A stretch of 59,144 bases of DNA from Clostridia bacterium (GTDB taxonomy: Bacteria > Bacillota > Clostridia > Oscillospirales > CAG-272), in contig JAFXKJ010000075.1 in NCBI GenBank assembly GCA_017531765.1, positions 1-59,144 of the forward strand. The letters are read 5' to 3'. The position numbers were made by a program, and so were the translations under genes. Position 1 is the first letter of the stretch; each line of letters starts with the position of its first letter. The notes beneath the pieces are model-generated. The model saw nothing but the letters and a program-made list of their open reading frames with translations. It had not been told where the DNA came from and searched no databases. Positions 8,729-17,575 of the stretch are shown piece after piece.

Positions 8729-10660
8729 ATGGGAAAGACACTTGCTCAAAAAATTCTTGATGCTCACATTGTTGAAGGTGAGCCGCAAAAAGGCTCAGAG
8801 GTTGCTCTGAGAATCGATCAGACACTTACACAGGACGCTACAGGTACAATGGCATACCTCGAATTCGAGGCTATGGGTATTCCGAGAGTAAAAACAGAGC
8901 GTTCTGTTGCTTACATAGACCACAACACCCTTCAGTCCGGATTTGAAAACGCTGACGACCACCGTTTCATTGGTTCAATTGCAAAAAAACACGGTATTTA
9001 TTTCAGCCGTCCCGGTAACGGTATCTGCCATCAGGTACATCTCGAAAGATTCGGTAAACCCGGCAAAACTCTTATCGGCTCCGACAGTCATACTCCCACC
9101 TGCGGAGGCCTCGGTATGATCGCTATCGGTGCGGGCGGACTTGACGTTGCTGTTGCAATGGGTGGTGGTGCCTATTATATTACATACCCCGAAATCGTCG
9201 GAATTAAGCTTACCGGTAAGCTTTCTCCTTGGGTTGCGGCAAAGGACGTAATTCTTGAAGTTCTCCGAATCCTTTCCGTTAAGGGTGGCGTAGGCAGAAT
9301 CATTGAATATTTCGGTGAGGGTGTTAAGACTCTCTCTGTTCCCGAAAGAGCCACGATCACAAACATGGGTGCTGAGCTTGGCGCAACTACTTCAATCTTC
9401 CCTTCTGACGAAACAACAAGAGCTTTCCTTAAGGCTCAGAGCCGTGAGGAGGATTTCGTTGAGCTTTCAGCTGATGCGGATGCAGTATACGACAAGATTA
9501 TTGAAATCGATCTTTCAACACTTGTTCCTCAGGCGGCTTGTCCTCATTCTCCCGACAACGTTAAAACACTTTCCGAGATCGGCAAAATCAAAATTGACCA
9601 GGTATGTATCGGTTCATGTACCAACTCTTCCCTTCTCGATATGCTCAAGGTAGCTTACATTCTCGACGGTAAGACGGTTCATCCCGACGTTTCCCTCTCA
9701 ATTGCCCCCGGTTCAAAGCAGGTTCTCGGTATGATCTCACGTAACGGAGCACTCGGAAAGATGATTGAAGCAGGCGCGAGAATTCTTGAATCAGCTTGCG
9801 GTCCCTGTATCGGCATGGGACAGTCTCCCAATTCCGGCGGTATTTCTCTCAGAACCTTTAACCGTAACTTTGAAGGTAGAAGCGGTACAAAGGACGGTCA
9901 GATCTACCTCGTATCTCCCGAAGTTGCAGCATACTCAGCAATCGTTGGTTATCTCGCAGACCCCAGAGAGATCGGTGAAATGCCCGAGTTCAAGCTTCCT
10001 GAGGTGTTCGACATCAATGATAACATGGTTACTCTCCCTGCTTGCGAGTGCACTGCAGGAGATGTTGAGATCCTTCGCGGTCCCAATATCAAGCCTTACC
10101 CTGTGACAGCGCCTCTCGCTGACAAGATCGAATGTGCTTGCTCTCTTAAGGTTGGTGACAATATTACAACTGACCACATTATGCCTGCAGGCGCCAAGAT
10201 ACTTCCTCTCAGAAGTAATATTCCCGAGATTTCAAAACATTGCTTCACTGTATGTGATGTTAGTTTCCCTGCGCGTGCAAAAGAGCTTGGTCAGAGTATT
10301 ATTGTTGGCGGTGCTAACTACGGTCAGGGTTCCTCACGTGAACACGCTGCACTTGCTCCTCTCTATCTCGGAGTAAAGGCTGTTATCACTAAGTCCTTTG
10401 CAAGAATCCACAAGGCTAACCTTGTAAATGCGGGAATTCTTCCCCTCACATTTAAGAATGAAGCGGATTATGACATGATCGCTGAGGGTGACGTTCTTGT
10501 TATCGAAAATGTTCACGCACAGATGAACAGCGGTTGTGAGATTGTTGTAACCAATAAGACAAACGGTAATCAGTTTACCGTAATTCTTGAGGTTTCCGAC
10601 AGACAGAAAGCTATGCTTTACGCGGGCGGACTTCTCGATTTCGTAAAATCCAACGGCTGA
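8729..10660 (+). CDS. Aconitate hydratase (about 640-aa form)
   Basis: Fe-S ligand motifs [20 protein letters not shown] and CGPCIGMG. Start taken at ATG 8729 ([11 protein letters not shown]), after AAGGA at 8713-8717. Confidence 0.9.
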   Translation: MGKTLAQKILDAHIVEGEPQKGSEVALRIDQTLTQDATGTMAYLEFEAMGIPRVKTERSVAYIDHNTLQSGFENADDHRFIGSIAKKHGIYFSRPGNGICHQVHLERFGKPGKTLIGSDSHTPTCGGLGMIAIGAGGLDVAVAMGGGAYYITYPEIVGIKLTGKLSPWVAAKDVILEVLRILSVKGGVGRIIEYFGEGVKTLSVPERATITNMGAELGATTSIFPSDETTRAFLKAQSREEDFVELSADADAVYDKIIEIDLSTLVPQAACPHSPDNVKTLSEIGKIKIDQVCIGSCTNSSLLDMLKVAYILDGKTVHPDVSLSIAPGSKQVLGMISRNGALGKMIEAGARILESACGPCIGMGQSPNSGGISLRTFNRNFEGRSGTKDGQIYLVSPEVAAYSAIVGYLADPREIGEMPEFKLPEVFDINDNMVTLPACECTAGDVEILRGPNIKPYPVTAPLADKIECACSLKVGDNITTDHIMPAGAKILPLRSNIPEISKHCFTVCDVSFPARAKELGQSIIVGGANYGQGSSREHAALAPLYLGVKAVITKSFARIHKANLVNAGILPLTFKNEADYDMIAEGDVLVIENVHAQMNSGCEIVVTNKTNGNQFTVILEVSDRQKAMLYAGGLLDFVKSNG

Positions 10661-10680
10661 TAATTCAAGGAGATATAAAA

Positions 10681-11883
10681 ATGGCTAAGATTCAGATGAA
10701 AACGCCTCTTGTCGAAATGGACGGAGACGAAATGACCAGAGTAATCTGGAAAATGATCAAGGATATCCTTATCCTTCCCTATGTTGACCTTAAGAGCGAA
10801 TACTATGACCTCGGTCTTGAGTACAGAAATGAAACAAACGACCGGGTTACAATCGATTCTGCAGAAGCTACAAAAAAGTACGGTGTTGCTGTAAAGTGTG
10901 CTACCATCACTCCCAATGCGGCAAGAATGACAGAATATAATCTCAAGGAAATGTGGAAGAGTCCCAACGGTACTATTCGTGCTATCCTTGACGGTACTGT
11001 TTTCCGTGCTCCTATTCTCGTAAAGGGTATCACTCCCTACATCCCCACATGGACAAAGCCTATCACCATCGCTCGTCATGCATACGGCGATATTTATAAG
11101 AACAGTGAAATGCAGGTAGATGCAGGCAGTAAGTGTGAGCTTGTTTGCACTGATGCTAACGGTAAAGAGACTCGTCAGACGATCCACAATTTCACAAAGT
11201 CCGGCGGAATCATTCAAGGTGTTCACAACGTAGATTCTTCTATTGCAAGCTTTGCAAGAAGCTGCTTTAACTACGCTCTTGACACACATCAGGACGTATG
11301 GTTCTCTTCTAAGGATACTATTTCCAAGAAGTACGACCACCACTTTAAGGATATCTTCGCAGAGATCTACGAAAACGAGTACAAGGCGCGTTTTGAAGAA
11401 GCAGGTATCGAATACTTTTACACTCTTATCGACGACGCTGTAGCTCGTGTAATTCGTTCTGAAGGCGGTTACATTTGGGCTTGTAAGAATTATGACGGTG
11501 ACGTAATGAGCGATATGGTTGCAACTGCATACGGTAGCCTTGCAATGATGACATCCGTTCTCGTTTCTCCCGACGGTGTATACGAGTATGAAGCTGCTCA
11601 CGGTACTGTTCAGCGTCACTACTATAAGTATCTTAAGGGCGAGACCACGTCTACAAACAGCGTTGCTACAATCTTTGCTTGGACCGGTGCTCTTCGCAAG
11701 AGAGGCGAAATGGACGGTCTCACAGATCTCGTTGAGTTCGCTGACAAGCTCGAAAGTGCTACCATCGCAACAATTGAAGATGGCGTCATGACCGGAGACC
11801 TTGCTATGATCTCAAAGCTTGAAAATAAGCAGAAGGTTGACACCGAAACCTTCCTCCGCGAAGTAGCTAAAAGACTCGCATAA
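10681..11883 (+). CDS. icd: NADP-dependent isocitrate dehydrogenase (about 400-aa eukaryote-like type)
   Basis: [23 protein letters not shown] and [26 protein letters not shown] precedes the ATG. The gene begins 20 nt after aconitase. Confidence 0.9.
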   Translation: MAKIQMKTPLVEMDGDEMTRVIWKMIKDILILPYVDLKSEYYDLGLEYRNETNDRVTIDSAEATKKYGVAVKCATITPNAARMTEYNLKEMWKSPNGTIRAILDGTVFRAPILVKGITPYIPTWTKPITIARHAYGDIYKNSEMQVDAGSKCELVCTDANGKETRQTIHNFTKSGGIIQGVHNVDSSIASFARSCFNYALDTHQDVWFSSKDTISKKYDHHFKDIFAEIYENEYKARFEEAGIEYFYTLIDDAVARVIRSEGGYIWACKNYDGDVMSDMVATAYGSLAMMTSVLVSPDGVYEYEAAHGTVQRHYYKYLKGETTSTNSVATIFAWTGALRKRGEMDGLTDLVEFADKLESATIATIEDGVMTGDLAMISKLENKQKVDTETFLREVAKRLA

Positions 11884-11889
11884 TAATAT

Positions 11890-11925
11890 GACCTCAGTAA
11901 TCAGATGCATTACTGAGGTCTTTTG
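11890..11925 (+). terminator. Rho-independent terminator after icd
   Basis: GACCTCAGTAAT (11890-11901) pairs with ATTACTGAGGTC (11909-11920), followed by TTTT. Confidence 0.8.
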
Positions 11926-12028
11926 ATTGGTATTACTATCCAAACAGTTTCAGATTATGATAAAAACAGTTGATTGATTATCGCGGTTTCTTGTAATATA
12001 ATTAGTTTGCAGTGCATGGGAGGTGCTT

Positions 12029-12856
12029 ATGTTGATAGGAAACAAAATCAAACAATTAAGAATTAACAAAGGAATAACACAAACTAAGCTTTCAGAAGAA
12101 CTGGCTGTATCCTCGCAGTCTGTCAGCAAATGGGAAAATCATATTACAACACCTGACATCAGTATTTTACCTTCTATTGCTCGTTATTTTGGGATTACGA
12201 TGGACGAACTTTTTAATTACCGACTAGACACACTTAATTATAAAGAACGATTCATACGTTTTATGGTTAATAACGGAATGTTACGATTTGGGAGATTCAC
12301 TTTGAAAAGCGGTAGAATATCACCGTACCTGATCCACAGCGGTTACAATCTGAGTGGCAGTCAAATATCAAAGCTGGGAGAATTTTACGCTGAGTGTATA
12401 AGAGAACACGGAATCGAAACAAATTGCCTCGTGGGAATTGATGACAGAGAAATCCCTCTCGTTATCGCAACAAGCATGACATTATTTAATAAATACGGTA
12501 TCGATTCCTCCTACAGTGTTGATTATGATATTGAAAATAAAGCTTTCTCTTCTCATGAAATAACTCTTATAACCGACGCATTCTCAACCGGCACTTCCCT
12601 TTTCAAAGCTTTCGAAAATATCCAAAAAAGGATGGGTAAATTACCTACTGATATTATCGTTTGCGTAGATCGAATGGAAAGTTCCGAGAGTTTAACCATG
12701 TCTGCGAAACACATAATTGAAAATAAATTCGGAGTCAAAATTCACCCTATCGTTAATACAGAAGATATTATTAAATCAATCGAAAGCGGAGTAATCAGCG
12801 CTAACGAATACTTAGATGACATGAAAGAATACCTGAGACATTACAAAGGAGAATAA
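12029..12856 (+). CDS. XRE-type HTH domain fused to an orotate phosphoribosyltransferase-like (type I PRT) domain
   Basis: N-terminal HTH: IKQLRINKGITQTKLSEELAVSSQSVSKWENHITTPDISILPSIARYFGITMDELF. The C-terminal part aligns with PyrE: FGRFTLKSGRISPY, LGEFYAECI, ITLITDAFSTGTS. GGGAGG at 12018-12023 precedes ATG 12029 (the track start is GTG 12023). Confidence 0.7.
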   Translation: MLIGNKIKQLRINKGITQTKLSEELAVSSQSVSKWENHITTPDISILPSIARYFGITMDELFNYRLDTLNYKERFIRFMVNNGMLRFGRFTLKSGRISPYLIHSGYNLSGSQISKLGEFYAECIREHGIETNCLVGIDDREIPLVIATSMTLFNKYGIDSSYSVDYDIENKAFSSHEITLITDAFSTGTSLFKAFENIQKRMGKLPTDIIVCVDRMESSESLTMSAKHIIENKFGVKIHPIVNTEDIIKSIESGVISANEYLDDMKEYLRHYKGE

Positions 12857-12858
12857 AA

Positions 12859-13815
12859 GTGAATATAGTTGATAATCTGATCGAAAATATTATTAAAACA
12901 AAGAACCCGTCTGTAATCGGACTTGATCCTGATGTACGCAAGATACCTCAGTGCTACAAAGCAAACATAGCCAGACCCGAAAAATTAGATGGAATTTGTG
13001 AGGTGATATATAAGTTTAATTGCGATATAATCGATACGGTATATGATATTGTTCCCGCTGTAAAACCTCAAATAGCTTTTTACGAAAAATACGGTTCATG
13101 CGGTTTCATGGCATTTGAAAAAACTGTTTCATATGCAAAATCAAAAGGACTAATCGTAATAGAAGATGCAAAACGAAATGATATCGGAAACACGGCGGAA
13201 GCATACGCCAACGGGCATCTCGGCAAAGTTGAGCTTCTTGATGGTAGTGTTATTTCTGCCATAGATGCGGATTTTTTAACTGTTTCTCCTTATCTTGGTG
13301 TCGACAGTATAGTACCATTTATTGATGCTTGTCGTAATAATAACAAAGGAATTTTTGTTCTTGTAAAAACTTCAAATGCACTTTCAGGTGTAATACAAGA
13401 CGTTGTTGCCGAAAATGGTTTTACAATTAGTCAAAACATTGCACGGTATGTGTCAGAACAAAGCGAGCAACAAAAAGGAAAATACGGTTATTCCGCAATC
13501 GGTGCGGTTGTCGGCGCAACTTACCCTGTTGAAGCAAAAACTCTGAGAAAAATAATGCCGTTTAGTTTTTTTCTTGTACCGGGTTATGGTGTACAGGGTG
13601 CCGATGCGGAAGATATACTTCCCTGCTTCAAATGTGACGGACTTGGTGCAATAGTCAACTCATCGCGAGGTGTATTGTTCGCTCATATGACAGATGACGA
13701 AAGAAATAGTTGTACTCATGAAGAATATTTATCAAATGTAAGAACTGCTTGTCTGAAAATGCAAAGCAATATCTATTCAATGTTAAGAAAAAATCACAAG
13801 GAAATGATCTATTAA
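12859..13815 (+). CDS. pyrF: Orotidine-5'-phosphate decarboxylase, long (type 2) form
   Basis: VIGLDPD, VKPQIAFYE and EDAKRNDIGNTAEAYA. The GTG start lies 2 nt after the preceding stop codon. Confidence 0.85.
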   Translation: MNIVDNLIENIIKTKNPSVIGLDPDVRKIPQCYKANIARPEKLDGICEVIYKFNCDIIDTVYDIVPAVKPQIAFYEKYGSCGFMAFEKTVSYAKSKGLIVIEDAKRNDIGNTAEAYANGHLGKVELLDGSVISAIDADFLTVSPYLGVDSIVPFIDACRNNNKGIFVLVKTSNALSGVIQDVVAENGFTISQNIARYVSEQSEQQKGKYGYSAIGAVVGATYPVEAKTLRKIMPFSFFLVPGYGVQGADAEDILPCFKCDGLGAIVNSSRGVLFAHMTDDERNSCTHEEYLSNVRTACLKMQSNIYSMLRKNHKEMIY

Positions 13816-13823
13816 GGTGGAAA

Positions 13824-14582
13824 ATGAAGCTTATTGTTACTGATCTCGACAACACTTTATTGAGAAGTGATAAAACTATCTCAGAATATACGGTGAATGT
13901 TTTAAGAAGATGCGTCGAAAAAGGATACCGTATCGTAATTGCAACAGCACGTGCTGAAAATGCAATGAAACGGTTCATTGATCAAATTACACCCTATGCT
14001 TTGATATCCAGTGGTGGGTCAATGGTTACTCTGAAAGGAGAAGTAATCTATAGCAGTATTTTAAGTCCATCCGATGTATCAGTAATACTTAACGAATGTA
14101 CAAGAATAACTTGCGGAAAAGGAAAGATCTCCGTTGAAAGCGTGGCCGGATATTTCTGCAACTTTGTCCCCGATGATATAGATCGGTTTAATGCTTTTGA
14201 GTATAAAGATTTCAGTAGCTTTAATTATCCTTGCTATAAAATCACAGCAGAGCTTGAACATTATGAATGGGGAGAAATAATTGCAGAAAAATGCAGTGAT
14301 TGTTCTGTTTTAAGATATTCAGGGGAAAAATGGCACAGGTTTTCAACCAAAACCTCCACCAAGGAAATTGCTCTGATAAAGCTTCTTGATATACTCGATA
14401 TAAACTGCGATGATGTGATAGCCTTCGGAGACGATTTTAATGATTTGGGTATGCTGAAACTTGCGGGGATTTCTGTAGCTCCAAGTAATGCTATTGATAA
14501 AATCAAGTCTGTTTCGCAATATATAACGTGTAGCAATAATGACGACGGTGTTGCAAGATTCTTAGAAAAATATATTCTTTGA
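13824..14582 (+). CDS. Cof-type HAD-IIB family phosphatase
   Basis: MKLIVTDLDNTLL (the DxD nucleophile motif) and AFGDDFNDLGMLK. ATG 13824 follows AAGGTGG (13814-13820). The track start at 13749 overlaps the end of pyrF. Confidence 0.8.
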   Translation: MKLIVTDLDNTLLRSDKTISEYTVNVLRRCVEKGYRIVIATARAENAMKRFIDQITPYALISSGGSMVTLKGEVIYSSILSPSDVSVILNECTRITCGKGKISVESVAGYFCNFVPDDIDRFNAFEYKDFSSFNYPCYKITAELEHYEWGEIIAEKCSDCSVLRYSGEKWHRFSTKTSTKEIALIKLLDILDINCDDVIAFGDDFNDLGMLKLAGISVAPSNAIDKIKSVSQYITCSNNDDGVARFLEKYIL

Positions 14583-14625
14583 AACACAAAATTTACTTCA
14601 TTTGTTTGAATTTTCAAGCTATATA

Positions 14626-14654
14626 TTGACAACAATTAATTATTATGTTATCAT
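14626..14654 (+). promoter_or_regulatory. Sigma-A promoter driving the riboswitch leader
   Basis: TTGACA (14626-14631), a 17-nt spacer, then TATCAT (14649-14654). Confidence 0.55.
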
Positions 14655-14667
14655 ATAGTTGAAATCA

Positions 14668-14762
14668 ATAGACTCGTGAGGGAGTAGTTAGCACTTTGTG
14701 CGGCAAAGCCAACAACCGCGAATACTATTCAGTATTTCTGGCAAGCCTTAATAAACGAGACT
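14668..14762 (+). promoter_or_regulatory. Candidate yybP-ykoY (Mn2+-responsive) riboswitch aptamer
   Basis: GGGAGTAG (14680-14687) matches the conserved GGGGAGUAG loop. The hairpin AATACT/AGTATT (14721-14736) is followed by GGCAAGCC (14740-14747), which compares with the conserved ...CAUAC hairpin plus GCAAGAC. A closing helix forms between 14670-14677 and 14755-14762. Confidence 0.6.
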
Positions 14763-14811
14763 CATGTACAGTAATTTTTTACTGTATTTGAGTCTCGTAT
14801 TTTTAATTTTT
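14755..14811 (+). terminator. Expression-platform terminator (attenuator) of the riboswitch
   Basis: ACGAGACTCA (14755-14764) pairs with TGAGTCTCGT (14789-14798). An inner stem forms between TACAGTA and TACTGTA. The hairpin is followed by ATTTTTAATTTTT. The 5' arm is the same sequence as the 3' strand of the aptamer closing helix. Confidence 0.7.
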
Positions 14812-14826
14812 AAGGAGGAATTTTTG

Positions 14827-17454
14827 ATGAATTTCTATCAAAACGAGCTTAATGAGGTAATGACCGAGCTTCAATCAAATGAAAACGGTCTCACACGTCA
14901 AGAGGCAGAAGCAAGGCTTGAAAAACACGGTAAAAACAAGTTAAAGGAAGCAAAAAAAATCTCAAACTTCCGTCGCTTTATCAATCAGTTATTAGACCCT
15001 ATGATCATCGTACTGATCGTAGCGGCTATTCTCTCTGCTGTAGTTGCGGTGCTTGAAGATGAATCTCTTGCTGATACGTTCATTATTCTTTTTGTTGTTA
15101 TTCTCAATGCAGTAATGGGCGTAGTTCAGGAAAGTAAAGCAGAAAAAGCCATCGACGCACTAAAAGAAATGACGTCTGCCACAAGTAAAGTGCTGAGAAA
15201 CGGTTTCGTTACTGCCGTTAAAAGTGAAGATCTTGTTATCGGCGACGTTATTCTCCTTGAAGCCGGAGATTCTGTTCCTGCTGATGCCCGAATCATTGAA
15301 TGTGCTTCAATGAAGGTGGAAGAAGCTGCACTTACAGGAGAATCGGTGCCCGTTATCAAAGATGCCTCTGTCCTTCCCGACGGAGATATCGCCCTCGGTG
15401 ACAGAGTAAACATGGTATATATGGGAAGTTCGGTTGTTTACGGACGCGGAAAAGCTATCGTATGTAAAACCGGAATGAATACCGAAATGGGAAAGATCGC
15501 CGATGCTCTTTCTCAGGCGCAGGATGAGGCAACTCCTCTCCAAAGAAAGCTCAGTGAACTCAGTAAGATCCTGACATACCTTGTGCTTGGTATCTGTGTT
15601 ATTATGTTTACCGCAGGTATCATCAAAGAAGGCGGCTTTACCCTTGACGGTACGATGGATACTTTCATGCTTGCTGTCAGTCTTGCTGTTGCGGCTATTC
15701 CCGAAGGACTTGCAGCTGTCGTCACGATCGTACTTTCCATCGGCGTTACAAAGATGTCAAAACGGCGCGCAGTAATACGCCGCCTTACTGCAGTTGAGAC
15801 TCTCGGTTGTACTCAGGTGATCTGTTCTGACAAAACCGGTACGCTTACACAGAACAAGATGACCGTTGTTAAGTCTTATACACCCGACGAAGCTATGCTT
15901 GCAACTGCTCTTGCGCTTTGCTCAGACTCCGAAATCGGTGAGTCAGGTGAGGTAACAGGTGAGCCTACAGAAAATGCGCTCGTTGCTTATGCGGCTTCTC
16001 TTAAGCTTATGAAATATGAGCTTAAGGAAAAACTCCCCCGTGTAGCTGAATTTCCTTTCGATTCGGAACGCAAAATGATGAGTACCATTCATCCTACAGA
16101 GAAAGGTTATATTCAGTATACAAAAGGCGCGCCTGACGAAATACTCAAGAATTGCACACATATATTAACGTCAAACGGCGTTGTAGAGCTTTCAGAAAAG
16201 CTTATTGGTGAAGTCCTTGAACAGAACAAGGCGATGGCTGATTCGGCTCTCAGAGTGCTTGCAGGAGCTTACAGAGAATACAGTGCTATTCCGCAAAGCT
16301 TTGAAGAAGCAGAAAGAAATCTTGTATTCATCGGTCTTGTAGGTATGATAGACCCCATCCGTCCTGAGGTTCTTGATGCAGTTGTCAGTTGTCGTGAAGC
16401 CGGTATACGTGTCGTTATGATCACCGGTGACCACAAGGATACAGCTACCGCTATTGCTAAGGAGCTTGGTATAGTAAAGGATTCTTCGGAAGTGCTTACG
16501 GGCTCTGATCTTGAAAAAATTGATGAAGAGACTCTTCTGCGTGATGTTGATAGATATTCCGTTTATGCAAGAGTACGTCCCGAACATAAGGTTCGTATAG
16601 TATCAGCATGGAAGCGTCGTGGTATGATCGTTGCCATGACAGGTGACGGCGTAAATGACGCCCCCAGTATAAAGACTGCTGATATCGGTATCGGCATGGG
16701 TATTACCGGAACTGACGTTACCAAGAATGTCGCAGACATGATACTCGCGGATGATAACTTTGCTACAATAGTTGGTGCAGTTGACGAGGGACGCAGAATC
16801 TATGCAAATATCAGAAAATCGATCCAGTTCCTTCTCTCATCAAATCTAAGTGAAGTTGTCAGTGTCTTCTTCGCAACAATGCTTGGTTTTACGATTCTAA
16901 AACCTGCCCATATTCTTTGGATTAACCTTATAACAGATACCTTCCCTGCTCTTGCACTGGGAATGGAAGCGTCTGAAAGCGATTCAATGAAGCAGCCTCC
17001 CCGTAATTCAAAAGAAGGTATTTTTGCAGGCGGTGTGGGAATTGACGTGTTTTATCAAGGCTTACTCGTTTCTGTTCTTACTCTTGCGGCTTATTTTATC
17101 GGTCACAGAATTGAATCGGGTGTATGGGAAATCGCATCAAGCAAAGACGGTATAACAATGGCGTTCCTTACGATGTCCCTCGCTGAGATATTCCAGTCCT
17201 TTAATATGAGAAGCAGAAGAGGCTCCATATTCAAAATTAAACGTCAAAATATAGTACTCTGGGGTGCCGCAGTAGCCGCATTCCTTCTGACATCGGCGGT
17301 TATATATATTCCTCCGTTAGCGAAAGCATTTGAATTTGAATCTGTTAGTTTGATTGAATATGCGATCGCCATCATCCTGGCATTTATGATTATTCCTCTT
17401 GTTGAGACAGTTAAGCTTATCCAGCGGATTTTTTCAAAGAAAAATGAAAAATAA
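14827..17454 (+). CDS. Cation-translocating P-type ATPase (Ca2+/Mn2+ type IIA-like)
   Basis: LTGESVPV, ICSDKTGTLTQNKM, AAIPEGLAAV and MTGDGVNDAPSIK. AAGGAGG (14812-14818) precedes ATG 14827. The track start at 14764 would read through the terminator. Confidence 0.9.
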   Translation: MNFYQNELNEVMTELQSNENGLTRQEAEARLEKHGKNKLKEAKKISNFRRFINQLLDPMIIVLIVAAILSAVVAVLEDESLADTFIILFVVILNAVMGVVQESKAEKAIDALKEMTSATSKVLRNGFVTAVKSEDLVIGDVILLEAGDSVPADARIIECASMKVEEAALTGESVPVIKDASVLPDGDIALGDRVNMVYMGSSVVYGRGKAIVCKTGMNTEMGKIADALSQAQDEATPLQRKLSELSKILTYLVLGICVIMFTAGIIKEGGFTLDGTMDTFMLAVSLAVAAIPEGLAAVVTIVLSIGVTKMSKRRAVIRRLTAVETLGCTQVICSDKTGTLTQNKMTVVKSYTPDEAMLATALALCSDSEIGESGEVTGEPTENALVAYAASLKLMKYELKEKLPRVAEFPFDSERKMMSTIHPTEKGYIQYTKGAPDEILKNCTHILTSNGVVELSEKLIGEVLEQNKAMADSALRVLAGAYREYSAIPQSFEEAERNLVFIGLVGMIDPIRPEVLDAVVSCREAGIRVVMITGDHKDTATAIAKELGIVKDSSEVLTGSDLEKIDEETLLRDVDRYSVYARVRPEHKVRIVSAWKRRGMIVAMTGDGVNDAPSIKTADIGIGMGITGTDVTKNVADMILADDNFATIVGAVDEGRRIYANIRKSIQFLLSSNLSEVVSVFFATMLGFTILKPAHILWINLITDTFPALALGMEASESDSMKQPPRNSKEGIFAGGVGIDVFYQGLLVSVLTLAAYFIGHRIESGVWEIASSKDGITMAFLTMSLAEIFQSFNMRSRRGSIFKIKRQNIVLWGAAVAAFLLTSAVIYIPPLAKAFEFESVSLIEYAIAIILAFMIIPLVETVKLIQRIFSKKNEK

Positions 17455-17477
17455 GGTATTATAGAATTCCCGAAAAA

Positions 17478-17526
17478 GGGGGTTGTCGCAGTTAGTTTTA
17501 TCTGACTTGCGACAGCCCCCTTTTTG
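17478..17526. terminator. Bidirectional terminator between the ATPase and PBP1A genes
   Basis: GGGGGTTGTCGCA (17478-17490) pairs with TGCGACAGCCCCC (17508-17520) with one wobble. AAAAA lies upstream and TTTTT downstream. Confidence 0.8.
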
Positions 17527-17575
17527 TGACATAAAAATGAGAGCAGCAAATCTAATTTGCCACTCTCGTAAAATT

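Noticed and set aside
10618-11619. 333-aa ORF on the minus strand.
   Set aside because: It is antisense to icd. The translation is Cys/Val/Ser-rich and low-information, with no start context.
12029-12856. PRTase-domain protein considered as a phage-defence effector, because PRT domains occur in some retron or defence systems.
   Set aside because: No reverse transcriptase, msr/msd-like structure or other defence gene is nearby. The domain aligns specifically with PyrE, and the gene is coupled to pyrF, so a pyrimidine-metabolism role is far more parsimonious.
14764-14826. Upstream start of the P-type ATPase ORF at 14764.
   Set aside because: This start would place the coding sequence inside the terminator hairpin and U-tract. 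ATG 14827 has a perfect AAGGAGG RBS.
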